Source: the human T2T-CHM13v2.0 reference genome, Homo sapiens. From it: a stretch of DNA of 64,000 nt. Shown piece by piece: positions 41,366-56,300 of this stretch. Numbering within the stretch: the stretch's first letter is position 1; each line of letters opens with the position of its first letter. Position numbers and translations under genes: made by a program. The stretch lies in assembly GCF_009914755.1 (NCBI RefSeq), contig NC_060933.1; one strand, 5' to 3'. The notes beneath the pieces are model-generated. The model saw only the letters and a list, made by a program, of their open reading frames with translations, ran no database searches and was not told the origin of the DNA.

Positions 41366-44300
41366 AATGGATTCAACTTGAATGGAATGGAAAGAATGGA
41401 ATCAACACGAGTGGAATGGCATGGATTGCAATGGAATGGAATGGAATCAACCCGAGTACAGGGGAATGGAATGGAATGGAATGCAATGGAATGGAATCAT
41501 CCGTAATGGAATGGAAAGGAATGGAATGGAATGGAATGGAATGGAATGGAATGGAATGGGATGGAATGGAAAGGAATCAACTCGATTTCAATGGAATGGA
41601 ATGGAATGGAATTAACCCGAATAGAATGGAATGGAATGGAATGGAACGGAATGGAACGGAATGGAATGGAATGGAATGGAATGGAATGGAACGGAACGGA
41701 ACGGAACGGAACGGAATGGAATGGAATGGAATGGAATGGAATGGAATGGAATCAACGCGAGTGCAGGGGAATGGAATGTAATGGAATGCAATGGAATGGA
41801 ATCTTCCGGAATGGAATGGAATGGAATGGAATCAACCCGAGTGCAATGGAATGGAGTGGAATGGAATGGAATGGAATGGAACAACCCGAATGGAATCGAA
41901 TGTAATGGAGAGTACGGGAGTTGAATAGAATCAATCCGAATGTAATGGAATGCAATGGAACGGAATGGAATTTAATGGAATGGAATGGAATGCAATGGAA
42001 TGGAATCAACCCGAGTGCAATGGAATGGAGAGGAATGGAATGGAATGGAATAGAAACTACCCGAATGGAATGGAATGTAATGGAGTGTAAGGGAATTGAA
42101 TAGAATCAATCCGAATGGAATGGAATGGAATGGAACGGAATGGAATGGAATGGAATGGAATGGAATGGAATGGAATGCAATGGAATGGAATCAACCCGAG
42201 TGCAATCGAATGGAATCGAATGGAATGGAATGCAATGGAATGGATTCAACTTGAATGGAATGGAAAGAATGGAATCAACACGAGTGGAATGGCATGGATT
42301 GGAATGGAATGGAATGGAATGAACCCGAGTACAGGGGAATGGAATGGAATGGAATGCAATGGAATGGAATCATCCGTAATGGAATGGAAAGGAATGGAAT
42401 GGAATGGAATGGAATCAACTCGATTGCAATCGAATGGAATGGAATGGAATTAACCCAAGTAGAATGGAATGGAATGGAATGGAACGGAAAGGAATGGAAT
42501 CGAATGGAATGGAATGGAATGGAATCAACGCGAGTGCAGGGGAATGGAATGCAATGGAATGGAATCTTCCGGAATGGAATGGAATGGAATGGAATGGAAT
42601 GAAATGCAATGGATTCAACTCGATTGCAATGGAATGGAATAGAATGGAATGGAATGGAATGGAATGGAATTAACCCGAATAGAGTGGAATGGAATGCAAT
42701 TGAACGGAATGGAACGGAATGGAATGGAAGGGAATGGAACGGAATGGTATGGAATGGAATGGAATGGTACGGAATAGAATGGAATGGAACGAATTGTAAT
42801 GGAATGGAATTGAATGGAATGGAATGGAATCAACGCGAGTGCAGGGGAATGTAATGGAACGAAATGCAATGGAATGGAATCATCCGGAATGGAATGGAAT
42901 GGAATGGAATGGAATGGAATGGAATCAACCCGAGTGCAATGGAATGGAGTGGAATGGAATGGAATGGAATGGAACAACACGAATGGAATGGAATGTAATG
43001 GATAGTAAGGGAGTTGAATAGAATCAATCTGAATGTAATGGAATGCAACGGAATGGAATGGAATGGAATGGAATGGAATGCAATGGAATGGAATGGAATC
43101 AACCCGAGTGCAGGGGAATGGAATGGAATGGAATGGAATGGAATGGAATGGAATCATCCGGAACGGAATGGACTGGAATTGAATGGAATGAACTCGATTG
43201 CAATGGAATGGAATGGAATGGAATTTAATCGAATGGAATGGAATGGAATTAACCGGAATAGAATGGAATGGAATGGAATGGAACGGAATGGAATGGAATG
43301 GAATGGAATGGAATCAACCCGAGTGCAGGCGAATGGAATGGAATGGAAAGCAATGGAATGGAATCATCCGGAATGGAATGGAATGGAATGGAATGCAATC
43401 AACCTGATGCAATGGAATGGAGTGGAATGGAATGGAATGGAATGGAAACATCCCGAATGGAATGGAATGTAATGGAGTGTAAGGGAATTGAATAGAATCA
43501 ATCCGAATGTAATGGAATGGAATGGAATGAAATGGAATGGAATGGAATGGAATGGAATCAACCCGAGTGCAATGGAATGGATTCGAATGGAATGGAATGG
43601 AATGGAATGGAATCAACTCGATTGGAATGGAATGGAATGGAATGGAATCAACGCGAGTGCAGGGGAATGGAATGGAATGGAATGCAATGGAATGGTATCT
43701 TCCGGAATGCAATGGAATGGAATGGAATGGAATGGAATGGAATGGAATGGAATAAACCCGAGTGCAATGGAATGGAGTGGAATGGAATGGAATGGAATGG
43801 AACAACCCGAATGGAAGGGAATGTAATGGAGAGTAAGGGAGTTGAATAGAATCAATCCGAATGTAATGGAATGGAATGGAACGGAATGGAATTGAATGGA
43901 ATGGAATGGAATGCAATGGAATGGAATCAACCCGAGTTCAATGGAATGGAGAGGAATGGAATGGAATGGAATGGAAACTACCCGAATGCAATGGAACGTA
44001 ATGGATTGTAAGGGAATTGAATAGAATCAATCCGAATGTAATGGAATGGAATGGAACGGAATGGAATGGAATGGAATGGAATGGAATGGAATGGAATGGA
44101 ACGGAAAGGAAGGGAATGGAATGGAATAGAATGGAATGGAATGGAATCAACGCGAGTGCAGGGGAATGGAATGGAATGGAATGCAATGGAATGGAATCTT
44201 CCGGAATGGAATGGAATGGAATGGAATGGAATGGAATGGAATGGAATCAAACCGAGCACAATGGAATGGAGGGAAATGGAATGGAATGGAATGGAACAAC

Positions 44301-47300
44301 CCGAAGGGAATGGAATGTAATGGAGAGTAAGGGAGTTGAATATAATCAATCCGAATGTAATGGAATGGAATGGAATGGAATGGAATGGAATGGAATGGAA
44401 TGCAATGGAATGGAATCAACCCGAGTACAATGGAAAGGAATGGAATGGAATGTAATGTAATCGAATGGAATGGAATGGAATGGAATGGAATGGAATCAAC
44501 CCGAGTGCAATGGAATGGAGAGGAATGGAATGGAATGGAATGGAAACTACTCGAATGGAATGGAATGTAATGGAGTGTAAGGGAATTGAATAGAATCAAT
44601 CCGAATGGAATGGAATGGAATGGAACGGAATGTAATGTAATGGAATGGAATGGAATCAACCCGAGTGCAGGGGAATGGAATGGAACGGAATGCAATGGAA
44701 TGGAATCATCCGGAATGGAAAGGAATGGAATGGAATGGAATGGAATGGAATGGAATCAACGCGAGTGCAGGGGAATGGAATAGAATCGAATGGAATGGAA
44801 AGGAATGGAATGGAATCAACCCGAGTGCAGGGGAATGTAATGGAACGGAATGCAATGGAATGGAATCATCCGGAATGGAATGGAATGGAATGGAATGGAA
44901 TCAACCCGAGTGCAATGGAATGGAATGGAATGGAATGGAATGGAATGGAACAACCCGAATGGAATGGAATGTAATGGAGAGTAAGGGAGTTGAAAAGAAT
45001 CAATCCGAATGTAATGGAATGGAATGTAACGGAATGGAATGGAATGGAATGGAATGGAATGGAATGGAATGGAATGCAATGGAATGGAATCAACCCGAGT
45101 ACAATGGAATGGAATGGAATGGAATGGAATGGAATGGAATGGAATGCAATGGAATGGAATCTTCCGGAATGGAATGGAATGGAATGGAATGGAATGGAAT
45201 GGAATGGAATGGAATGGAATGCAATGGATTCAGCTCGATTGCAAAGGAAAGAAATAGAATGGAATGCAATGGAATGGAATGGAATGGAATTAAACCGAAT
45301 AGAATGGAATGGAATGGAATGGAACGGAACAGAACGGAACGGAACGGAATGGAGTGGAATGGAATGGAATGGAATTGTATGGAATGGAATGGAATGGTAC
45401 GGAATAGAATGGAATGGAAAGAATTGGAATGGAATGGAATCGAATGGAATGGAATGGAATGAAATGGAATCAACCCGAGTGCAGGGGAATGTAATGGAAC
45501 GGAATGCAATGGAATGGAATCATCCGGAATGGAATGGAATGGAATGGAATGGAAAGGAATGGAATGGAATCAAACCGAGCACAATGGAATGGAGTGGAAT
45601 GGAATGGAATGGAATGGGGAGTAAGGGAGTTGAATAGAATCAATCCGAATGTAATGGAATGGAATGCAACGGAATGGAATGGAATGGAATGGAGACAACC
45701 AGAATGGATTGGAATATAATGGAGTGTAAGGGAATTGAATAGAATCAATCTGAATGTAATGAAATGGAATGGAACGGAATGGAATGGAATGGAATGGAAT
45801 GGAATGGAATGGAATGGAATGGAATGGAATGCAATGCAATGGAATCAACCCGAGTGCAATCGAATGGAATCGAATGGAGTGGAATGCAATGGAATGGATT
45901 CAACTTGAATGGAAAGGAAAGAATGGAATCAACACGAGTGGAATGGCATGGATTGGAATGGAATGGAATGGAATCAACCCGAGTATAGGGGAATGGAATG
46001 GAATGGTATGCAATGGAATGGAATCATCCGTACTGGAATGGAAAGGAATGGAATGGAATGGAATGGAATGGAATGGAATGGAATGGAATGGAATGATTCG
46101 GAATAGAATGGAATGGAACAAAATGGAATGGAATGGAATGGAATGGAATGGAATGGAATGGAATGGAATGGAATCGTTCCTAGTGGAATAGGAGGGAATG
46201 TATTCGAGTGGAATGGAAAGGAATGGAATCAACCAGAGTGGAATGGAAGGGAATGGAATGGAATGGAAACTAATAGAATGGAATCAACCCGAGAGGAATG
46301 GAATGGAAAGGACTGGAATGGAATTGAATGGAATGGAATCAACTCGATTGTAATGGAATGGAATGGAATGGAATGGAATTAACGCGAATACAATGGAATG
46401 GAATGGAATGGAACGGAATGGAGTGGAATGCAATGGAATCAACTCGATTGCAGTGGAATGGAATGGAATGGAAAGGAATACATTGGAATCAACCCGAGTG
46501 GAATGGAATGGAAAGGACTGGAATGGAGTGGAATGGAATGGAATGGAATCAACTCCATTGGAATGGAATGGAATGGAATGGAATGGAATTAAACCGAATA
46601 GAATGGAATGGAATGGAATGGAACGGAACGGAATGGAATGGAATGGAATGGCATGGAATGGAATGGAAACAACCCGACTGCAGGGGAATGGAATGGAATG
46701 GAATGCAATGGAATGGATTCAACTTGAATGGAATGGAAAGAATGGAATCACCACGAGTGGAATGGCATGGATTCGAATGGAATGGAATGGAATCAACCCG
46801 AGTACAGGGGAATGGAATGGAATGGAATGCAATGGAATGGAATCATCCGTAATGGAATGGAAAGGAATGGAAAGGAATGGAATGGAATGGAATGGAATGG
46901 AATGGAATGGAATGGAATGGAATGGAATGGAATCAACTCGATAGCAATCGAATGGAATGGAATGGAATTAACCCGAATAGAATGGAATGGAATGGAATGG
47001 AACGGAACGGAACGGAATGGAATGGATTGGAATGGAATGGAATGGAATGGAACGGAAAGGAATGGAATGGAATGGAATGGAATGGAATGGAATGGAATGG
47101 AATCAACGCGAGTGCAGGGGAATGGAATGGAATGGAATGCAATGGAATGGATTCTTCCGGAATGGAATGGAATGGAATGGAATGGAATGGAATGGAATAA
47201 ACCCGAGTGCAATGGAATGGAATGGAATGGAATGGAATGGAATGGAACAACCCGAATGGAATGGAATGTAATGGAGAGTAAGGGAGTTGAATAGAATCAA

Positions 47301-50300
47301 TCCGAATGTAATGGAATGGAATGGAACGGAATGGAATTGAATGGAATGGAATGGAATGCAATGGAATGGAATCAACCCGAGTTCAATGGAATGGAGAGGA
47401 ATGGAATGGAATGGAATGGAAACTACCCGAATGCAATGGAATGTAATGGATTGTAAGGGAATTGAATAGAATCAATCCGAATGTAATGGAATGGAATGGA
47501 ACGGAATGGAATGGAATGGAATGGAATGGAATGGAATGCAATGGAATGGATTCAACTTGAATGGAATGGAAAGAATGGAATCAACACGAGTGGAATTGAA
47601 TGGATTGGAATGGAATGGAATGGAATCAACCCGAGTACAGGGCAATGGAATGGAATGGAATGCAATGGAATGGAATCATCCGTAATGGAATGGAATGGAA
47701 AGGAATGGAATGGAATGGAATGGAATGGAATAGAGTGGAATGGAATCAACTCGATTGCAATCGAATGGAATGGAATGGAATTAACCCGAATAGAATAGAA
47801 TGGAATGGAATGGAACGAAATGGAATGGAATGGAATGGAATCGTTCCGAGTGGAATAGGAGGGAATGTATTCGATTGGAATTGAAAGGAATGGAATCAAC
47901 CAGAGTGGAATGGAAGGGAATGGAATGGAATGGAAACTAATAGAATGGAATCAACCCGAGTGGAATGGAATGGAAAGGACTGGAATGGAATGGAATGGAA
48001 TGGAATGGAATGGAATGGAATCAACTCCATTGTAATGGAATGGAATGGAATGGAATGGAATGGAATGGAATGGAATGGAATTAACCCGAATACAATGGAA
48101 TGGAATGGAATGGATCGGAATGGAGTTGAATGGAATGGAATCAACCCGAGTGCAGGGGAATGGAATGGAATGGAATGCAATGGAATGGAATCATCCGGAA
48201 TGGAATGGAATGGAATGGAATGCAAAGCAATGGAATCAACTCGATTGCAATAGAATGGAATGGAATGGAAAGGAATACATTGGAATCAACCCGAGTGGAA
48301 TGGAATGGAAAGGACTGGAATGGAGTGGAATGGAATGGAATGGAATGGAATGGAATCAACTCGATTGGAATGGAATGGAATGGAATGGAATGGAATGGAA
48401 TGGAATGGAATTAACCCGCATAGAATGGAATGGAATGGAACGGAACGGAACGGAACGGAATGGAATGGAATGGAATGGAATGGAATGGAATGGAATGGAA
48501 TCAACCCGACTGCAGGGGAATGGAATGGAATGGAATGCAATGGAATGGATTCAACTTGAATGGAATGGAAAGAATGGAATCAACACGAGTGGAATGGCAT
48601 GCATTGGAATGGAATGGAATGGAATCAACCCGAGTACAGGGGAATGGAATGGAATGGAATGCAATGGAATGGAATCATCCGTAATGGAATGGAAAGGAAT
48701 GGAATGGAATGGAATGGAATGGAATGGAATGGAATGGAATGGAATCAACTCGATTGCAATCGAATGGAATGGAAAGGAATTAACCCGAATAGAATGGAAT
48801 GGAATGGAACGGAACGGAACGGAACGGAACGGAACGGAATGGAATGGAATGGAATGGAATGGAAAGGAATGGAATGGAACGGGAAGGAATGGAATGGAAT
48901 GGAATGGAATGGAATGGAATGGAATGGAATCAACGCGAGTGCAGGGGAATGGAATGGAATGGAATGCAATGGAATGGAATCTTCCGGAATGGAATGGAAT
49001 GGAATGGAATGGAATGGAATGGAATGGAATAAACCCGAGTGCAATGGAATGGAGTGGAATGGAATGGAATGGAATGGAACAATCCGAATGGAATGGAATG
49101 TAATGGAGAGTAAGGGAGTTGAATAGAGTCAATCCTAATGTAATGGAATGGAATAGAACGGAATGGAATTGAATGGAATGGAATGGAATGCAATGGAATG
49201 GAATCAACCCGAGTGCAATGGAATGGAGAGGAATGGAATGGAATGGAATGGAAACTACCCGAATGGAATGGAATGTAATGGAGTGTAAGGGAATTGAATA
49301 GAATCAATCCGAATGTAATGGAATGCAATGGAATGCAATGGAATGGAATCAACCCGAGTGCAATCGAATGGAATCGAATGGAATGGAATACAATGGAATG
49401 GATTCAACTTGAATGGAATGGAAAGAATGGAATCAACACGAGTGGAAGGGCATGGATTGGAATGCAATGGAATGGAATCAACCCGAGTACAGGGGAATGG
49501 AATGGAATGGAATGGAATGGAATGGAATCATCCGTAATGGAATGGAAAGGAATGGAATGGAATGGAATGGCATGGAATGGAATGGAATCAACATGATTGC
49601 AATCGAATGGAATGGAATGGAATTAACCCGAATAGAATGGAATGGAATGGAATGGAACGGAACGGAATGGAATGGAATGGAATGGAATGGAATGGAACGG
49701 AACCGAACGGAATGGAATGGCATGGAACGGAATGCAATGGAATGGAATCTTCCGGAATGGAATGGAATGGAATGGAATGGAATGAAATGCAATGGATTCA
49801 ACTCGATTGCAATGGAATGGAATAGAATGGAATGGAATGGAATGGAATGGGATTAACCCGAATAGAATGGAATGGAATGGAATGGAACACAATGTAACGG
49901 AATGGAATGGAATGGAATGGAATGGAATGGAATGGAATGGAATGGTATGGAATGGAATGGAATGGTACGGAATAGAAAGGAATGGAACGAATTGTAATGG
50001 AATGGAATTGAATGGAATGGAATCGAATGGAATGGAATCAACGCGAGTGCAGGGGAATGTAATGGAACGGAATGCAATGGAATGGAATCATCCGGAATGG
50101 AATGGAATGGAATAGAATGGAATGGAATGGAATCAACCCGAGTGCAATGGAATGGAGTGGAATGGAATGGAATGGAATGGAACAACCCGAATGGAATGGA
50201 ATGTAATGGAGAGTAAGGGAGTTGAATAGAATCAATTCGAATGTAATGGAATGGAATGCAACGGAATGGAATGGAATGGAATGGAATGGAATGGAATGGA

Positions 50301-53300
50301 ATGGAATGCAAAGGAATGGAATCAACCCGAGTGGAATGGCATGGAATGGAATGCAATGGATTGGAATGGAATGGAATCAACTCGAGTGGAAAGGAATGGA
50401 ATAGAATGGAAAGCAATGGAATGAACTCAACTCGAGTGGAATGGAATGGAATGGAATGGATTGGAATGGATTGCAATGGAATGAAATGGAATGGAATGGA
50501 ATGGAATCAATCATGGAAGGGAATGTAATGGAGTGGAAAGAAGGGATTGGAATCAACCCGAGTGGAATGCAAGGCAATGGAACGGAATGGAAAGGAATGG
50601 AATGGAATCAACTCGATTGCAATGGAATGGAATGGAATGGAATGGAATGGAATGGAATGGAATGGAATTAACCGGAATAGAATGGAATGGAATGGAATGG
50701 AACGGAATGGAACGGAATGGAATGGAATGGAAGGGAATGGAATCAACCCGAGTGCAGGGGAATGGAATGGAATGGAATGCAATGAAATGGAATCATCCAG
50801 AATGGAATGGAATGGAATGGAATCAACACCATTGCAAGGGAATGGAATGGAATGGAATGGAATAGAATGGAATGGAATTAACCGGAATAGAATGGAATGC
50901 AATAGAATGGAATGCAATGGAACCGAATGGAGTGGAATGGAATGGAATGGAATCAACCCGAGTACAGAGGAATGGAATGGAATGGAATGCAATGGAATGG
51001 AGTCATCCGTAATGGAATGGAAAGGACTGGAATGGAATGGAATGGAATGGAATCAACTCGTTTGTAATGGAATGGAATGGAATGGAATGGAATGGAATGG
51101 AATGGAATGGAATTAACCCGGATACAATGGAAGGGAATGGAATGGAATGGAAACTAATAGAATGGAATCAACCCGAGTGGAATGGAATGGAAAGGACTGG
51201 AATGGAATGGAATGGAATGGAATCAACTCGATTGTAATGGAATGGAATGGAATGGAATGGAATGGAATGGAATGGAATTAACCCGAATACAAAGGAATGG
51301 AATGGAATGGAATGGAATGGAGTGGAATGGAATGGAATCAACCCGAGTGCAGGGGAATGGAATGGAATGCAATGCAATGGAATGGAATCATCCAAAATGG
51401 AATCGAATGGAATGGAATGCAAAGCAATGGAATCAACTCGATTGCAATGGAATGGAATGGAATGGAAAGGATTACATTGGAATCAACCCGAGTGGAATGG
51501 AATGGAAAGGACTGGAATGGAGTGGAATGGAATGGAATGCAATGGAATGGAATGGAATGGAATCAACTTGATTGGAATGGAATGGAATGGAATGGAATGG
51601 AATGGAATCATCCGTAATGGAATGGAAAGGAATGGAATGGAATGGAATGGAATGGAATGGAATCAACTCGATTGCAATCGAATGGAATGGAATGCAATTA
51701 ACCCGAATACAATGGAATGGAATGGAATGGAACGGAAAGGAATGGAATGGAATGGAATGGAAAGGAATGGAATGGAACGGAACGGAATGGAATGGAATGG
51801 AATGGAATGGAATGGAATGGAATCAACACGAGTGCAGGGGAATGGAATGGAATGGAATGCAATGGAATGGAATCTTCCGGAATGGAATGGAATTCAATGG
51901 AATGGAATGGAATGGTATGGAATAAACCCGAGTGCAATGGAATGGAGTGGAATGGAATGGAATGGAATGGAACAACCCGAATGGAATGGAATGTAATGGA
52001 GACTAAGGGAGTTGAATAGAATCAATCCGAATGTAATGGAATCGAATGGAACGGAATGGAATTGAATGGAATGGAATGGAATGGAATGCAATGGAATGGA
52101 AACTTCCGGAATGGAATTGAATGGAATGGAATGGAATGAAATGCAATGGATTGGAATCAACCCAAGTGCAATCGAATGGAATCGAATGGAATGGAATGCA
52201 ATGGAATGGATTCAACTTGAATGGAATGGAAAGAATGGAATCAACACGAGTGGAATGACATGGATTGGAATGGAATGGAATGGAATCAACCCGAGTACAG
52301 GGGAATGGAATGGAATGGAATGCAATGGAATGGAATCATCCGTAATGGAATGGAAAGGAATGGAATGGAATGGAATGGAATGGAATGGAATGGAATCAAC
52401 TCGATTGCAATCGAATGGAATGGAATGGAATTAACCCGAATAGAATGGAATGGAATGGAATGGAATGGAACGGAATGGAATGGAATGGAATGGAATGGAA
52501 CGGAAAGGAAGGGAATGGAATGGAATAGAATGGAATGGAATGGAATCAACGCGAGTGCAGGGGAATGGAATGGAATGCAATGCAATGGAATGGAATCTTC
52601 CGGAATGGAATGGAATGGAATGGAATGGAATGGAATGGAATGGAATGGAATCTACCCGAGTGCAATGTAATGGAGTGGAATGGAATGGAATGGAATGGAA
52701 CAACCCGAATGGAATGGAATGGAATGGAGAGTAAGGGAGTTGAATAGAATCAATCCGAATGTAATGGAATGGAATGGAACGGAATAGAATGGAATGGAAT
52801 GGAATGGAATGCAATGGAATGGAATCAACCAGAGTGCAATGGAATGGAGAGGAATGGAATGGAATGGAATGGAAACTACCCGAATGGAATGGAATGTAAT
52901 GGAGTGTAAGGGAATTGAATACAATCAATCCGAATGCAATGGAATGGAATGGAATGGAATGGAATGGAATGGAATGCTATGGAATGGAATCAACCCGAAT
53001 GCAATCGAATGGAATCGAATGGAATGGAATGCAATGGAATGGAATCAACTTGAATGGAATGGAAAGAATGGAAACAACACGAGTGGAATGGCATGGATTG
53101 GAATGGAATGGAATGGAATCAACCCGAGTACAGGGGAATGGAATGGAATGGAATGCAATGGAATGGAATCATCCGTAATGGAATGGAAAGGAATGGAATG
53201 GAATGGAATGGAATGGAATGGAATGGAATCAACTCGATTGCAATCGAATGGAATGGAATGGAATTAACCCGAATTGAATGGAATGGAATGGAATGGAACG

Positions 53301-56300
53301 GAACGGAATGGAATGGAATGGAATGCAATGGAACGGAACGGAATGGAATGGAATGGAATGGAATGGAATCAACGCGAGTGCAGGGGAATGGAATGCAATG
53401 GAATGCAATGGAATGGAATATTCCGGAATGGAATGGAATGGAATGAAATGCAATGGATTCAACTCGATTGCAATGGAATGGAATAGAATGCAATGGAATG
53501 GAATGGAATGGAATTAATCCGAATAGAATGGAATGGAATGGAATGGAACGGAATGGAACGGAATGGAATGGAATGGAGTGGAATGCAATGGTATGGAATG
53601 GAATGGAATGGTACGGAATAGAATGGAACGGAACGAATTGTAATGGAATAGAATTGAATGGAATGGAATGGAATGGAATGGAATGGAATCAACGCGAGTG
53701 CAGGGGAATGTAATGGAACGGAATGCAATGGAATGGAATCATCCGGAATGGAATGGAATGGAATGGAATGGAATGGAATGGAATGGAATGCAATGGAATG
53801 GAATCAACCCGAGTGCAATCGAATGGAATCGAATTGAATGGAATGCAATGGAATGGATTCAACTTGAATGGAATGGAAAGAATGGAATCAACACGAGTGG
53901 AAGGGCATGGATTGGAATGCAATGCAATGGAAACAACCCGAGTACAGGGGAATGGAATGGAATGGAATGCAATGGAATGGAATCATCCGTAATGGAATGG
54001 AAAGGAATGGAATGGAATGGAATGGAATGGAATGGAATGGAATCAACTCGATTGCAATCGAATGGAATGGAATGGAATTAACCCGAATAGAATGGAATGG
54101 AATGGAATGGAACGGAACGGAATGGAATGGAATGGAATGGAATGGAATGGAACAGAACGGAATGGAATGGAATGGAATGGAATGGAATGGAATGGAATCA
54201 ACGCGAGTGCAGGGCAATGGAATGGAATGGAATGCAATGGAATGGAATCTTCCGGAATGGAATGGAATGGAATGAAATGGACTCAACTCGATTGCAATGG
54301 AATGGAATAGAATGGAATGGAATGGAATGGAATGGAATTAACCCGAATAAAATGGAATGGATTGGAATGGAACGGAACGGAAGGGAACGGAACGGAATGG
54401 AATGGAATGGAATGGAATGGAATGGAATGGAATGGTATGGAATGGAATAGAATGGTACGGAATAGAATGGAATGGAAAGAATTGGAATGGAATGGAATCG
54501 AATGGAATGGAATGGAGTCAACCCGAGTGCAGGGGAATGTAATGGAACGGAATGTAATCGAATGGAATCATCCGGAATGGAATGGAATGGAATGGAATGG
54601 AATGTAATGGAATGGAACCAACTCGATTGTGATGGAATGGAATGGAATGGAATGGAATGGAATGGAATGGAATGGAATTAACCCTAATACAATGGAATGG
54701 AATGGAATGGAACGGAATGGAGTGGAATGGAATGGAATCAACCCGAGTGCAGAGGAATGGAATGGAATGGAATGCAATGGAATGGAATCATCCGGAATGG
54801 AATGGAATGGAATGGAATGCAAAGCAATGGAATCAACTCGATTGCAATGGAATGGAATGGAATGGAAAGGAATACATTGGAATCAACCCGAGTGGAATGG
54901 AATGGGAAGGACTGGAATGGAGTGGAATGGAATGGAATGGAATGGAATTGAATCAACTCGATTGGAATGGAATGGAATGGAATGGAATGGAATGGAATGG
55001 AATTAACCCGAATAGAATGGAATGGAATGGAATGGAATGGAATGGAACGGAACGGAACGGAATGGAATGGAATGGAATGGAATGGAATGGAATCAACCCG
55101 ACTGCAGGGCAATGGAATGCAATGGAATGCAATGGAATGGATTCAACATGAATGGAATGGAAAGAATGGAATCAACACGAGTGGAATGGCATGGATTGGA
55201 ATGGAATGGAATGGAATCAACCCGAGTACAGGGGAATGGAATGGAATGGAATGCAATGGAATGGAATCATCCGTAATGGAATGGAAAGGAATGGAATGGA
55301 ATGGAATGGAATGGAATGGAATGGAATGGAATCAACTCGAATGCAGTCGAATAGAATGGAATGGAATTAACCCGAATAGAATGGAATGGAATGGAATGGA
55401 ACGGAACGGAACGGAACGGAATGGCATGGAATGGAATGGAATGGAATGGAATGGAATGGAATGGAACGGAAAGGAATAGAATGGAATGGAATGGAATGGA
55501 ATGAACGCGAGTGCAGGGGAATGGAATGGAATGGAATGCAATGGAATGGAATCTTCTGGAATGGAATGGAATGGAATGGAATGGAATGGAATGGAATGGA
55601 ATAAACCCGAGTGCAATGGAATGGAGTGGAATGGAATGGAATGGAATGGAACAACCCGAATGGAATGGAATGTAATGGAGAGTAAGGGAGTTGAATAGAA
55701 TCAATCCGAATGTAATGGAATGGAATGGAACGGAATGGAATTGAATGGAATGGAATGGAATGCAATGGATTGGAATCAACCCGAGTGCAATGGAATGGAG
55801 AGGAATGGAATGGAATGGAATGGAAACTACCCGAATGGAATGGAATGTAATGGAGTGTAAGGGAATTGAATAGAATCAATCCGAATGTAATGGAATGGAA
55901 TGGAACGGAATGGAATGGAATGGAATGCAATGGAATGGAATGGAATGCAATGGAATGGAATCAACCCGAGTGCAACCGAATGGAATCGAATGGAATGGAA
56001 TGCAATGGAATGGATTCAACTTGAATGGAATGGAAAGAATGGAATCAACACGAGTGGAATGGCATGGATTGGAATGGAATGGAATGGAATCAACCCGAGT
56101 ACAGTGGAATGGAATGGAATGGAATGCAATGGAATGGAACCATCCGTAAAGGAATGGAAAGGAATGGAATGGTATGGAATGGAATGGATTGGAATCAACA
56201 CGATTGCAATAGAATGGAATGGAATGGAATTAACCCAAATAGAATGGAATGGAATGGAATGGAACGGAACGGAATGGAATGGAATGGAATGGAATGGAAT

